Shown here in pieces: positions 1 through 12,588 of a stretch of DNA of 64,000 bases. Origin of the DNA: Eledone cirrhosa (lineage: Eukaryota); assembly GCA_964016885.1 (NCBI GenBank), contig OZ024743.1, positions 35,960,001-36,024,000 of the forward strand. Reading direction: 5' to 3'. The notes below the pieces were generated by a model. It saw nothing but the letters and a program-made list of their open reading frames with translations. It searched no databases and was not told the DNA's origin. The position numbers and the translations under genes are program-made. The stretch's first letter is position 1; each line of letters begins with the position of its first letter.

Positions 1-1437
1 GGTTTTAGCATTGTCTTGAAGAGTGCCATTTTCATCAATTAGAGGGCCAACAGTAGGGCCAGTGATTTTGTGTTTTTTTGCAAATGAAAAGAACACTTTG
101 GGATTGAGTTTGATCTTCTCAATGGCCCAGGCCTCTTCAGCTCTTCTCTGATTGTTGATGAGAGACATCATGTTGTTTTGGAGGTTATGTTTTTTAATCT
201 CTAGTGATGAAATGGCAGTCAAGTTGATGTGTTGCTGCTGACAGTATTTCAGCTTGTTGATTTTTTTGTTCGTTCTCTTAATTTTCCTGATGAGCGTTTT
301 TCTATTTCTAGGGATTCTGCTCTTAGATTTGTTTATAGTTCTTAATGGGGTGTGTTCTGCACATATGTTTGTAACAGTGTCCACAAATGTCTGCCAGGAC
401 TTTTTGATGTTAGTGGGTGTATGAGTGTGCGTGAAGGACCAGTCGACATGTGCAAGATCATGACTGATTGCTTCCCAGTTTGCATTGTGGAAATCCATAG
501 CGTCAAACGGATGGACAGGAGAGATGACATTGGGTTTGTATATTGGACGGTGGAATCTCAGATCACAGAGAACCATGTCATGATCAGAGAGTAGAGTTTT
601 CTCCACTGCAATATTGTGGATATTGTCAGTGTGATTGCTGAAAATTAAGTCTAGGACGTTTTTGTGGCACCTCGTTGGTTCGAGCACCAGTTGGGATAGG
701 AAGAAATCATCCATGAAGTCAAGAAGCGATTCCACTGCTTCCCTGTCAGAGGTTGAGGCAGAAGAACCTGGTGGCAGGCTGTTTGTGGACCAGTCAACTC
801 CGGGGAGGTTGAAGTCCCCCATCATTAAGATGTTGTCAGGGTGACACTCTTGGATGAAACACTTTATGCTGTTGAGGCATTCCTTGAAGCATGGTACAGG
901 CGTTTGGGGTGGCCTATAGAGCCCAACTACTATTAGGTTGTTGGTTTGACTGAATACAGTGACTGCTTCGCAGTATCCATTAGTGAATATGTTCATAGCC
1001 TCTGTTGAGAAAGAATTATGGACATAAATGGCAGTCCCGCCCTTTCTTCTGCCAGCGCGATCAGCACGGATGGCTTTGAAATTTTTCACTTTCACCTCGG
1101 CTTCCAAGTGGAGGTTACTGAGATGGGTTTCAGTGAGGACGAAGAAAGGGATGTGGTTTGGATGGACATCAATCCAGTCCTCCAGGAATTTGATCTTCCA
1201 TTTTTGAGTATTGGTGGAAGGGCTGATGCCTTGGGCGTTAAGCAAAAATGTAGAGGCGAGAGTGGATGGTTTTAATTGTTTTGGTGTGTTGTTAATTTGT
1301 TTGTTTGTTAATTGCAGCAATGTGAGTTTGTGCAGTGGGGTGATAGTGGAGGGTGGTGCTGGGTGATAGCTCGAATGTTTTTTTCCAGTTCTTTTGCCAG
1401 ATTCATTATGGCTAAAAAAGAGGAAGAAGTTTCCTGT
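1..1437 (-). CDS. LINE ORF2, N-terminal part (AP-endonuclease domain plus linker toward RT), CR1/L2/Jockey group; continues beyond window start
   Basis: Manual translation is stop-free from 1437 to 1 (479 codons; absent from the ORF track, probably because it leaves the window). APE motifs: FLLNAQG, VLTETHL, RADR..RKGGTAIYV, LYRPP, MGDFNLPGVDW, QLVLEPTR..NVLDLIFSN, LSDHDMV, followed by AIEKIKLNPKVFFSFAK..VGPL. First in-frame ATG is at 996. Confidence 0.92.
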
Positions 1438-1782
1438 TTAGAAGACTGTTGGTGACTGTGGTAGTGGATATTTTTATGTAGGTTATGGTTTTTCTTTTTG
1501 CTTTTATTTTTAATTTTATTTTCATTTGTCCGACGGGTCCCCGGAAGATGGGTAAAGGGACAATCCCGGTCTAAACACAATCTGTCTCGCAGGGAAAAGC
1601 GGCAGATTTGTGGATTGTTTGAGTTATTGGTGGTTGTGTTGGTGTTAAATTAGAGTATGTATTATGGTGGTGGCTGTTTGTGGGGATAGACCGTTTTGTC
1701 CTAGGTAAATGGTTGAATTTGCAGCCACTATCCATACATATTCTATAGCGTAGAGAGTAGCGGCAAATGATGGGGTTTCGAG
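1308..1782 (-). pseudogene. LINE ORF1 C-terminal part with two CCCH zinc fingers; 5'-truncated at (TA)n and frameshifted
   Basis: [19 protein letters not shown] and [19 protein letters not shown] are both C-x8-C-x4-C-x3-H. They lie in different frames (frameshift around 1620-1660). ORF1 ends at 1308 and overlaps ORF2. Confidence 0.75.
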
Positions 1783-1827
1783 TATATACATATATATATA
1801 CACATATATATACACATATATATACAC

Positions 1828-1860
<33 letters not shown>

Positions 1861-2022
1861 CATACACATATATATATATACATATATATATACACATATA
1901 TATATATATACATATATATATACACACATATATACGAATATATGTATATATATACATATATATATATATATACATATATATATACATATATATATACATA
2001 TATATATATACATATATATACA

Positions 2023-2056
<34 letters not shown>

Positions 2057-2648
2057 CATATATATATATACATACATATATATATATACATACATATATA
2101 TATATACATGCATATATATATATACATACATATATATATATACATACATATATATATACATACATATATATATATATACATATATATTTATACATACATA
2201 TACATATATATACATACATATACATAAACATACATACATATACATTCATATATATACATGATGGCTGCCAACTCGTTTTCGAGTACGGCCCCTACTTTAT
2301 ATCCATGTAGGAGAACTCCTACCGATGCGCTGAACGAGTGTGACTTTTTAGTCCAGCCAGCCAGTTGAAAACTCTGGTACAAACACTACACTTGTGACAA
2401 TTATTGACACATAGTGCTGGGCCCATGGTACCATGTGACGACAAGTGCAGAGAGATCTCCAGATATAAAGCAATGCCTGTGCCGTGAAGCTTTTATAGTG
2501 AGCAAAGGCACTGCACAAAGCCAGTCCCACTCTCTTAACCAATATGATATTTACCAAAAGGAAGAACATGTCAACATCATTGGATACCATCAGAGTTGCA
2601 GGTGTTATATCAGAGTTTTCCCCTTCTCCTAGAATTCTGCCTTGACAT

Positions 2649-2731
<83 letters not shown>

Positions 2732-3134
2732 CATACATATATACATATACATACATATATATACATATACACATACATATATATATATACATACATATAC
2801 ATATACAAACATATATATACATACACATATATACATATATATATATATATATATACATACATATACATACATATATATATACAAACATATATATACATAC
2901 ATATACATACATATATATACACATATATACATACATATGTATATACATACATATATACATACATATATACACACATATATATACATACATATGTATATAC
3001 ACATATATATACATCTATACATATATACATATATATATACATATATATACATATACATACATATATATATATATACATACATATATACATACATATATAT
3101 ATATATAAATACATATACATACATATATACATAC
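1783..3134. repeat. Compound (TA)n/(TACA)n microsatellite, interrupted by an element at 2259-2646
   Basis: Directly visible; it produces the YI/HT/CV pseudo-ORFs. Confidence 0.95.
2259..2646. mobile_element. Short non-coding interspersed element inside (TA)n; diverged homolog at 30195-30438
   Basis: Both copies share ends (atggctgcc... / ...ctcctagaa..tgcc.tgaca) and internal blocks (gcaatgcctgtgc, cccactctc, caacatcat, gcaggt.ttatatc.gagtt). Confidence 0.6.
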
Positions 3135-3482
3135 AGCTTGAGATCGGTGTGGAAGTCGGACCTTCGTAAAGACCTGAAAATCCGCCTCTTCATTGCTGTA
3201 GTGGAGTCTGTGCTGCTGTACGAGTCTGAGACTTGGACACTGACCAAGAAACTCACTCAGATGGTGGATGGGTGCTACACGAGATGCCGAGGATGGCTCT
3301 GAACATTAATCAGTATACACTGAGGATGAAAAAATCAGAGTTGCACGGGAGCCTCCCAAAAGTCAGCTCAAAAGTGACAGAGGAGACTGAGGTTAGCTGG
3401 ACATGCTCACCGACATCCAGAGTTGACATTGCACTCAGTGCTCCTGTGGGAGCCCCTACATGGATACACTGGAAGAGTCAGA
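3135..3482 (+). mobile_element. RTE-clade LINE fragment (C-terminal region after RT), degenerate
   Basis: [55 protein letters not shown], frameshifted; flanked by (TA)n; homologous copy at 56094-56454. Confidence 0.85.
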
Positions 3483-3989
3483 CATATATATATATATTTG
3501 ACTGCTATTTCTTGTAAATAAACATTCACTTTCATCCTGACGTCACTAGCCCCGTTTTTCCTCATGTGCGTTTTCATAATCACGCATGATGGCGAACTAG
3601 CCAGTTTTAGAATTCCCTTTTCGGATTATAATACTGTGGTAGCCCTGGTTTCTGTTGAGCTCTGCTGACGATTGAAATCCAACCGTGACCATCTCCACTG
3701 AAAGTTTTCATGAACTAGTCTTTTAAGACTATACAGAGCATTTGATGTTATTCCAAATTGAAGGATAAGTGTTTTAAACTTTATTTTATCATGAGTTAAA
3801 GGTCTATTGATTTTTCCCTGGATTTCACTAAATTCTGTGGATGAATTTGTATCCTGATTCTCTTTTGAGATGAGCTTGAATTATTTTTCCTAAATCTTAC
3901 GTTAACTACTTTTCCCATCTTGACGTTATAGTCGCATATATGTTATAGAATACTATTAGCTTCTCGCTAAAACAATCTCTATACCTCTC

Positions 3990-4035
<46 letters not shown>

Positions 4036-4802
4036 TCAACACAGAGTAGAGAGTTTGACAACATGTCGATGACTTTAGTCTAGATAGGGGGTTAATGACA
4101 TGTGATGGTGGGGAGAGAGTGTAGACGTTATTGTGGTGGCGGGGGACAGTGAGATGTATCTAGTTCATTTGTCCGTTTTCTTCTCTTTGCAAAATTTGAA
4201 TTTTAGCCATGTTATATTGAGATGTAAGTAAATGTAAAATGTAAAATATAAAAAAGGATTGCTCTGGTAAAATATACCAAAATATTTGTGTAACTTCCAC
4301 AAACTTCTGTCGTGACATTCCCGAGTTCAGTGACCAAAAAATTGTTGTATTTTGATGTTTCAGAATACAAAAATTAATTAAAAACTTACCCCACGAAAAG
4401 ACAGCGTGTGTTGTCCTATCTATAAGCTCCCTCATCTACATACATACATACATACATACATACATACATACCGACCACTTGCCTGCCAGAACCTAATGTA
4501 CAAAGTGTATACAGCCTGACTAAGTCTATTTCCTCCAGGATCATTCTAACAATAACAACATCATCACAGATGAGCAAGCAGCTGAGAAGGGGTTTGAGGA
4601 TGCGACCAGCAACCCCTTAACAAAAGCATGATGCCATAGGTACCGTGATATAGGTGGAACTTGATTGCAGTCTGGTTGGATTACAAGAAAGCTTTCCATT
4701 CTGTTCAATACTTTTCGATGCTACCTCCACAAATGCATACAGACATACATAATTACGCCCCCCCCTCTCTCTCTCTCTCTCTGTGTTGGCGAAAATTGAA
4801 AA

Positions 4803-4997
4803 TATAATTGTTTCTACTTTTGGCACAAGGCCAGCAATTTCCCTGTGTATTACTGGTGCTTTGTTTTATCGACCCCGTAAGGATGAAAGGCAAAGTTAAC
4901 CTCGGCGGGGTTTGAACTCAGAATGGCAAGGGCCGTAACTCTATGCGTCAAAGCATGGCGTCCGACCCTCTACCGATACTGCCAATTCACCGCCCTT
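4803..4997 (-). mobile_element. tRNA-derived SINE, major family
   Basis: Minus strand has A-box-like TGGCAGTATCGG, B-box GAGTTCAAA, central CTTTGCCTTTCATCCTTACGGGGTCGATAAAA and tail GCTGGCCTTGTGCCAAAAGTAGAAACAATTAT; many similar copies in the window. Confidence 0.88.
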
Positions 4998-5057
4998 TGA
5001 AAATTGAAAATATAATAGAACTAGAACATACGCACAGATACACACATACACACACAT

Positions 5058-5097
<40 letters not shown>

Positions 5098-5368
5098 CAA
5101 ATATCGCCATGATAATTGTTATCAGCAACCAAGTATTAAAGTATTAAAGCCAAACAGCTATTTGTTATCAATAGTCAACATCAAAAGCATATGGTGGTGA
5201 GATCAGTGACATTATTAGGCAACTTAAATGTATCAACTAAATGATGCCATGATTAAGATATTCTATTATCAATAATTGTTTCTACTTTAGGCACAAATCA
5301 ATAATGATTCGCAATTTGATATTAACAACACTAGCAGGTAAATATATTACTTGATATTAATACGACTA

Positions 5369-5539
5369 GCAATAATTGTTTCTACTTTTGGCACAAGGCC
5401 AGCAAATACCCAGTACATTACTGGTACTTTATTTTATCGACCCCGTATGGATGAAAGGCAAAGTTAACCTCGACGGGATTTGAACTCAGATCGTAACTAT
5501 GCTGGAAAGCATGTCCGACCCTCTACCGATACTGCCAAA
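5369..5539 (-). mobile_element. tRNA-derived SINE, major family
   Basis: Same consensus; absent from the paralogous segment near 11020. Confidence 0.85.
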
Positions 5540-5561
5540 TATTATTAATTTGAGTCGAAAC

Positions 5562-5760
5562 CAGACCTGTCAACTCTCCCCATCCTATGGGGAGATCTCC
5601 CACCAACTTTGGGGGGGGGGGGGGGATGTCATTCATCTCTTGTAAAAATGGGTATAATTTTCATTATGTAAAATCTCCCCATTTTGCCTAATTTCTCTTG
5701 GTTTTGGGGCACTTTATTCATGATACTCCCGGTTTGGGTTTTTAGAGGTTGGCAGCTCTG
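5562..5760. mobile_element. MITE with imperfect TIRs (hAT-like CAG termini)
   Basis: CAGACCTGTCAAC...GTTGGCAGCTCTG; second copy at about 12253-12588 is interrupted by a SINE; TSD is degenerate. Confidence 0.65.
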
Positions 5761-8746
5761 GTGAAATTATTGTACAGTTTAGATTTCTTATTTAAAGACA
5801 CCCCATTTGATTTACCTCGATAAGGCTTTAAGAAAGTTATAGAAACATCAAGTTCTTATTTGGCCTCTTCTAAAAATGTAGGGAATTGTGCTTAGACGAG
5901 AACAAGTCAGTTTGAGTAGTTAAGTTGTGTTGTATTATAGCAATAACAATATCAATCAGATACTTCTTGACATCGAAATCAATATCAAACATATCAATTA
6001 CACTACCAAAGATATACAATTATATATTATTAACTAGAAATAACAATGATATATGCCATTCATGCGGATACCAACTCTAAAATATTGAAAGGGGTGGTCA
6101 AAAACATGAAGAAGAAAGAAAGAAAAGCTGGCAACCAATTAATTTCTAATTATATTGTTTGTTAACAAAGGAAAAATCGTTTTGGTTGTAAAATCTGAAT
6201 TTTGAAAATATGTTAGCTTATTGTAAGCTGTTACAACGCAGGTTTTATTGTAAAATAGTTGAAAAATTTGGGCATTTAAAACTCCTAGAATAAAAAAAAA
6301 AGTGGACAGAGTCGCCTGCGAGAATCGAACTCACATCTGCCGCATTCCGTGTTACTGTTACACATTCTTTATATTTTATTCTCATAAATTCAGAGATGCG
6401 ATAGCTGGAGATAAAGTACCTTACATTGTAGTAATATGATAGATGGGGGTTAGATTGCAGTACATGGTACTTTACATGGCTGTATAATGAGATGTAGTAC
6501 CCTATGTTGCAGTTATTTAATGGTTGTCGGCTTACATTGAGGTGATACGGCTTACTCCACCAAACAAATTCTAAAATCTACAGACACATACGTAACATGT
6601 TCACACAGTCTTTTAAACATATTTTAAAACTTATCCATGTTCATATCTTTCTGATTTCCCTGTTTTCACTGTTTTGGTTGTAAAACACCATTCTACCCCA
6701 TTATGCTTTAACAAAGCTGCATTTTATATGTTGTTCTTTTCTATTTTTATCCTTGACGAAGTACAACTGTCCGAAACGTTATTTCTACCTTGCTCCTTCC
6801 ACACATCTTCTCTATTTATTGTTTTTTTTCTTTTTCACCAGATGTTTAGAAGTTTATGTATACATGAATATGCGTGTGTATCCATACTGTGTATACATAT
6901 GCAACCATATCCATGAATCACTGGCTGTTAGCTTATGTGTGTATGTGCCTGGGTAATTATGCATTATGAAAGTGTATGTACGGCTGTATGTGTGTGCATG
7001 CATATGCATGCGGATGTACCCACGTGAGCATTTTATTGTGAATGCGCGTGTGTGTGAACTTATTGCTGTGTCATAAAACAGAATAATTTTATATGGAAGC
7101 TTTGTCCATTGAGGTCTGAAACCGGGAATAGATGGTGGTGGTGAGGGTGGTGGGGTGGGCAATGTTACAATTCAGACAGCAACAACAATAATAATAACAA
7201 TAATAACAAAGAAAAACAGTCTTGTGTACTTTTATTTAATGAATTCTCCCCATTCAATCAACCATACTTCCTCATTTCTCCCTTCTCTTTCTCTCTCTCT
7301 TTACATCTCTCATTGTCCTTCTGGTTTTTTCCTTGATTTTTCACATAACATTCACATTTCCTTATGCAAATGTTCGCCCTTTCAAAAAGCACAATAAAAA
7401 ACGACAAAAATAAAATAAATAAATAAATAAAATAAAAAAATAAAACCCTAACTATTTTGCATATTTGGAGAGACGATTTCTGTTCTTTTTATTTTCATCT
7501 TTTCTTTAAAAAAATATATTTTCATTATGGAAGTTAATATTGAAATGGCCATTTGATAATTTTGATACTTCGAACCTGGGTATAATTTTGATACTTCTAA
7601 GGGTTCTCAATGTCTCTCTTTCCAGGGTTACTTCCTTGCTCAACTTTCTCTGCCCTCGCCTTCGTGTTTTGTCCCAGTTGTAAGACCGTTTTGTATAGAT
7701 ATCCCCTATTTCGTTGCCTACTGTGCTGTTTGGCTGTTTGTTCTAGTTTTAAGAGTTTCTCGTTATACGCTTGCTTGGAATTTCTTTGTCCTTGTATTGA
7801 TTTGCTAGTAATTCTGTTGTTCTTGTATTGATTTGCTAGTAATTCTGTTGTTCTTGTGTATTAACCGTACGATTGTTTTCATGTTGTTATATTGTTCCAT
7901 ATGCATCTTCGTAGTGGTTAGTATTTTGATAGCCGTTGTAAATACTAGAAATAAACTAGCAAACCCACATTAAATATAAGAAAACGTATATTAGACGTAT
8001 AAGTAGGTTGAGCCTTTTGTTCGTTGTTTGTATCCGTTTTCCCTTTCCCATGTAAAATTTTCTCACGTACAGACACGCACACATATGCATGTACATACAC
8101 ACATATTCATGTACACACACTCACACACACAAAAAACAAACACACACACACTCACACGCATTTTATGTTTAGCCAAAATCTATTTGTTATGATTTGGTTT
8201 CTTTTTGAATTGGAAGGTGAAATAACAATAAGAAGTGTAAAGTTGTAACCTTCTCGCTTAAGCGGCGTAATTAAAGTGGTTCTGAAGTGGTATTGAAAGC
8301 CAGACGGAAAATTGACAAGCTGAGAGCTAACCCTTGTTACCATGACGTTTGCCACAACATCAAAAATCATAAAAGGAAAGCTCAACTGCTCTTGTCCCTT
8401 CTATAGTAGATAATGCCAAGTTTGTAAAATATTTAGAATAACGAACTAAATATCAAACCATGTACATAAAGAGTTCAAATCCCATAAAAGTTCCCCGTCT
8501 CTTTGAATCGATGAAATATGGCTTCTTGTCTAGTCAAAAGAAATCAATAGTAATTTTTCACCTTAGTACATTGACAGCTTGTAATCGATTGAATAGAGCA
8601 TGGTACATTACTAACATATATTTTATCGACAAGAAATGGATGAAAGACCAACTCAACCCCTGCAGGAGTTAGATGTAGGGACACCAGAAACGGCCCCTCA
8701 GATATTTGGGGGCATATGATATCTATAAGGTATAGGACCACTGTGA

Positions 8747-9075
8747 AGGCGCATGGCTTAGTGGTTAGAGCATTGGGCTTGCAATTAAGAGGTTGTGAGT
8801 TCGATTCTCGGACCGGATGATGCGTTGTGTGCTTGAACAAGACACTTTATTTCACGTTGCTCCAGTTTACTCAGCTGTTGAAATGAGTTACCACGTCACT
8901 GGTGCCAAGCTGTATCGGTCATTGCCTTTGCCTTGGACAACATCGGTGGTGTGGAGGAGAGGAGACTGGTATGCATGGGTGATTGCTGGTCTTCCTCAAA
9001 ACAACCTTGCCCAGGCTTGTGCCTCGGAGGGAAACTTTCTAGGTGCAAAACCATGGTCATCCGTGACCGAGTGGG
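8747..9075 (+). mobile_element. tRNA-derived SINE, second family (CORE-like body)
   Basis: A box TGGCTTAGTGG, B box GAGTTCGATTC, then gtgtgcttgaacaagacactttatttcacgttgctccag; related minus-strand piece at about 13340-13485. Confidence 0.75.
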
Positions 9076-9551
9076 GCCAAAGCATAGGACCACCATTTTA
9101 TCAGGTATTAAATAGAAAAAGTTGTGAGAAAAATTAAACTCGGGTAAGCTCCTCTTACACCATCTGTTACAGAAATCCAGAAATGGAACCATTCTTTCAT
9201 CTCATACAAACCAAAGATAAACTTCCTCCGGTTGCAACGTTTTTTGAAATATTCACTTGTGCTTTCACTCAGGTAGTTAAATGTTCTTTATACTGACTGC
9301 TGTTGATATTACTGATGTTCATATGGCAGAGTCAGTAAGTGGCGGATTTACGATCCCGATCCAATAACAACAGCTGGTCCTCCACAGAACATCTTCAGAA
9401 TATATGCCCTGGTGATGAAAGGCAGGGTCTACTCTGAGTAGCAGAATTCCCATTATCCGAACTGTCCCTCTATTCCAATTATATAGATATATATTTATGT
9501 GTATGTTTCAGTGTGTGAATATTCTTCTGATTCAATTTGTTGACAGAGCTT

Positions 9552-9582
<31 letters not shown>

Positions 9583-9615
9583 GGAGAGAGAGAGAGAGAG
9601 GGAGAGAGAGAGAGA

Positions 9616-9653
<38 letters not shown>

Positions 9654-9744
9654 AGAGACAAAGAACGGGAAACAGAGAGATGAGACAGAGTAGGGGAAGA
9701 CAAAGTGGGGGAGACAGAGAATGAAAAAGAGTGAGTGAATGAAT

Positions 9745-9792
<48 letters not shown>

Positions 9793-10333
9793 TAGATAGA
9801 GAGAGAGAGAGAGGGAGAGAGATAGCGAGAGGGAGAGAGAGGGAGAGAGAGACAGAGGTTTCTAAACGCTCAAAAGGATCTTTTATTTAAATTATGACAT
9901 CAATGAGGTATTAAGATTTCTGCCCCTAACAGTAAATTTTAGTAGAGCTGATTCTTTGTAGACCAAACGCACAGCTATTTCTAGCATTCCCGTTGGCCTG
10001 TCTGTATCCTCATATTATTATGTTTCCTCACCTTGTACGTTCAAATCCTATTTTGAAGCTATGAGGATGAGTCGCATATAATGCGTTTAGTAAGATGAAC
10101 ATTCTACTGATGATTGAGTGTTTCATCCTATGGTTCCAGCCATTTCTATTTCACCCATGAAGCAGCTGTATAGAATACTAAAATCTCGGAATTTTAACAT
10201 TCTTAAGTAAATTTTGTTTTACTTGCTCTCCGATTTGAAAACAATCGAAATTTTACCCTCTATGTAAGTTCTTTGACTTGCTACCCGACTTTTGTTTGGC
10301 AATGCACATATATATAAACCGAGCTGATGATCC

Positions 10334-10398
<65 letters not shown>

Positions 10399-10490
10399 AC
10401 TCTCTCATCGATTCGACATATGAGGGTTCAACAGTCTTTTCAGTTCATTGTTTTATGTTTATGCCTCAAATGGCACTTCAATCCTATATA

Positions 10491-10544
<54 letters not shown>

Positions 10545-10547
<3 letters not shown>

Positions 10548-10671
10548 ATGATTTCTCCCGAATGAAACAGTTCTAGTCCTGTAGAAGCTTTTTCTATATT
10601 AAATATTTATACTCTGCTTTGTATTGAGTACCTTACTTACTGTGGTTACCTCCGATTGAACCCGGGATAAA

Positions 10672-10675
<4 letters not shown>
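10545..10675 (+). mobile_element. Hammerhead-bearing element, family A (5'-truncated, C3 lost)
   Basis: aTGATGA-tttctcccgaat-GAAA-CAG ttctagtc CTG-TA-gaagc, with a tail shared with 55884-56005. Confidence 0.65.
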
Positions 10676-10706
<31 letters not shown>

Positions 10707-11321
10707 GCCTACCGCATACGGACGCTTTAAGCACCCCACACCAAATATATATATATATATGAAAACAATCGTTTACATATGAAATTGGTAATAAAATATC
10801 GCCATGATTATTATTATCACTAACCAAGTATTAATAGCAAACTGCTATTTGTTATCAGTAGCAGTAGTTAACTTCAAAAGCATATCATGGCGGGATTAAT
10901 ATCTGTAACTTAAATATTTCATCTAAAATCAGCCAAGTTTAAGATATTTGATATTAGTAATAATTGCCAATTTGATATCAACACCAACAGCAAGTAAATA
11001 TATTACTTGATATTAATACGACTAGAAATATTACTATTAAGTTGATTCGAAGTTTGTCTACGGCGTGGTTTGGATTTCTTTTAAAGACACCTCCTTTGAT
11101 TTACCTCGATAAGGCTTTAAGGAAGTTATAGAAACAACAATTCTTCTAAAAATATAAGGAATTGTGCTTAGTCGAGAACAAATCAGTGTGAGTGGCTATA
11201 GTGAGTTGTGGTATAACAATATCAATCAGATACTTCTTGACACCGACATCATTATCAAAGGTAACAATTACACTACCAAAGATCATGCTTTGCAGCATAG
11301 AGTTATGGCCCCTTGCGTTCT

Positions 11322-11487
11322 GCAATTTGGGGAGAAGAGAAAGTCGATTAAATCTACCTCAGTGCATTACTGGTGCTTTATTTTAAGTTAACCTTGGCCG
11401 GATTTGAACTCAGAATGCAAAGGGCCTTAACTTTATGCTGCAAAGCATGGTGTCTGACGCTCTACCGATACTGCTAATCCACTGCCA
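11322..11487 (-). mobile_element. Major-family SINE, internally deleted
   Basis: gatttgaactcagaatg...gacgctctaccgatactgc. Confidence 0.75.
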
Positions 11488-12252
11488 ATAATAACAATAA
11501 TGACAACAATAATAATAATAATAATAATAAAAACAATAATAATAATAAGAAGAAGAATCCTTTATTAGCCACTCGGGCCCATACATATAATACATAATGT
11601 CATAGAAAGGTGATTATAAAATATGTGGTTCCTTGGTTTTTGTGGTTTAGAAGAGAAAGTGAATAGGTTTGCCTCCACTCTGCTTGTTCCAGTTGCGATC
11701 TGTGGTGTAATGAAATGGAAGTAGTCGTAGTGATGTCTTTCATATCTGAGGCCGGCTGTAATTGTTACTGCTGCTGCTTCTGCTGTTACTGCTTCTGCTG
11801 CTGCTGCGTCTGCTGCTGCTGCATGTCATCTTCTTTTATTTATTAAAAAAAATTCTTCTGGCAAAAGATTTTCAAGCTGTAAATAACTTTCAGCATATAA
11901 CATTAGATGAAACGGTGGATAAACCTGGTCTCTAGTCTTCCCATGTAGAACCACACATACTGGCTGAAATAAAAACTAGCTGAACTATTATCTTGAAATA
12001 TCCAAGAAGATATTCCTCCTCGACCGAGACCAGTAGATTTAGCTGTTAGGACGGAGTTTATCGTAATAAAACGATTATTAAATAAAATTGATTTTTTTCT
12101 TTTTAGTTATGGAAGGAAGAGCAGCGCCATGATCCTTTTCAACTCCTTTGAGTTGTGGGAAGAAGTTATTCTCAAGCCAAGAACCTAGCTCAAGTACTTG
12201 TAAAAGAATGAACTCCATTAAAGACAACTAAGGGCTAGATGGTGATGTTAAC

Positions 12253-12588
12253 ACACCTGTCAACTCTCCCCGTCCAACAGGGAGATCTCCCACCAACCTT
12301 TGGGTGGGTGTGAATTGGCAGTATCGGTAGAGGGTCAGACGCCATGCTTTCCAGCATAGTTACGTCCCTTTACGATCTGAGTTCAAATCCCACCGAGATT
12401 GACTTTGCCTTTCACCCTTACGGGGTCGATAAAATAAAGTACCAGTAATGCACTGGGTAATTGCTGGCCTTGTGCCTAAGGTTTCTACCTTATGTAAAAT
12501 ATCCCCATTTTGCCTCATTTCTCCCCGTTTTGGGGCACTTTTTTTTCATGGTACTCCTCGTTTGGGTGTTTAGAGGTCGGCAGATTTG
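12253..12588 (+). mobile_element. MITE (same family as 5562-5760) with a nested plus-strand major SINE at about 12305-12490
   Basis: MITE halves align to 5562-5610 and 5665-5760; the SINE head tggcagtatcggtagagggtc lies between them. Confidence 0.75.

Noticed and set aside
6305-6365. tRNA gene on the minus strand (GAGTTCGATTCTC T-arm)
   Set aside because: No complete cloverleaf; more likely a decayed SINE head.
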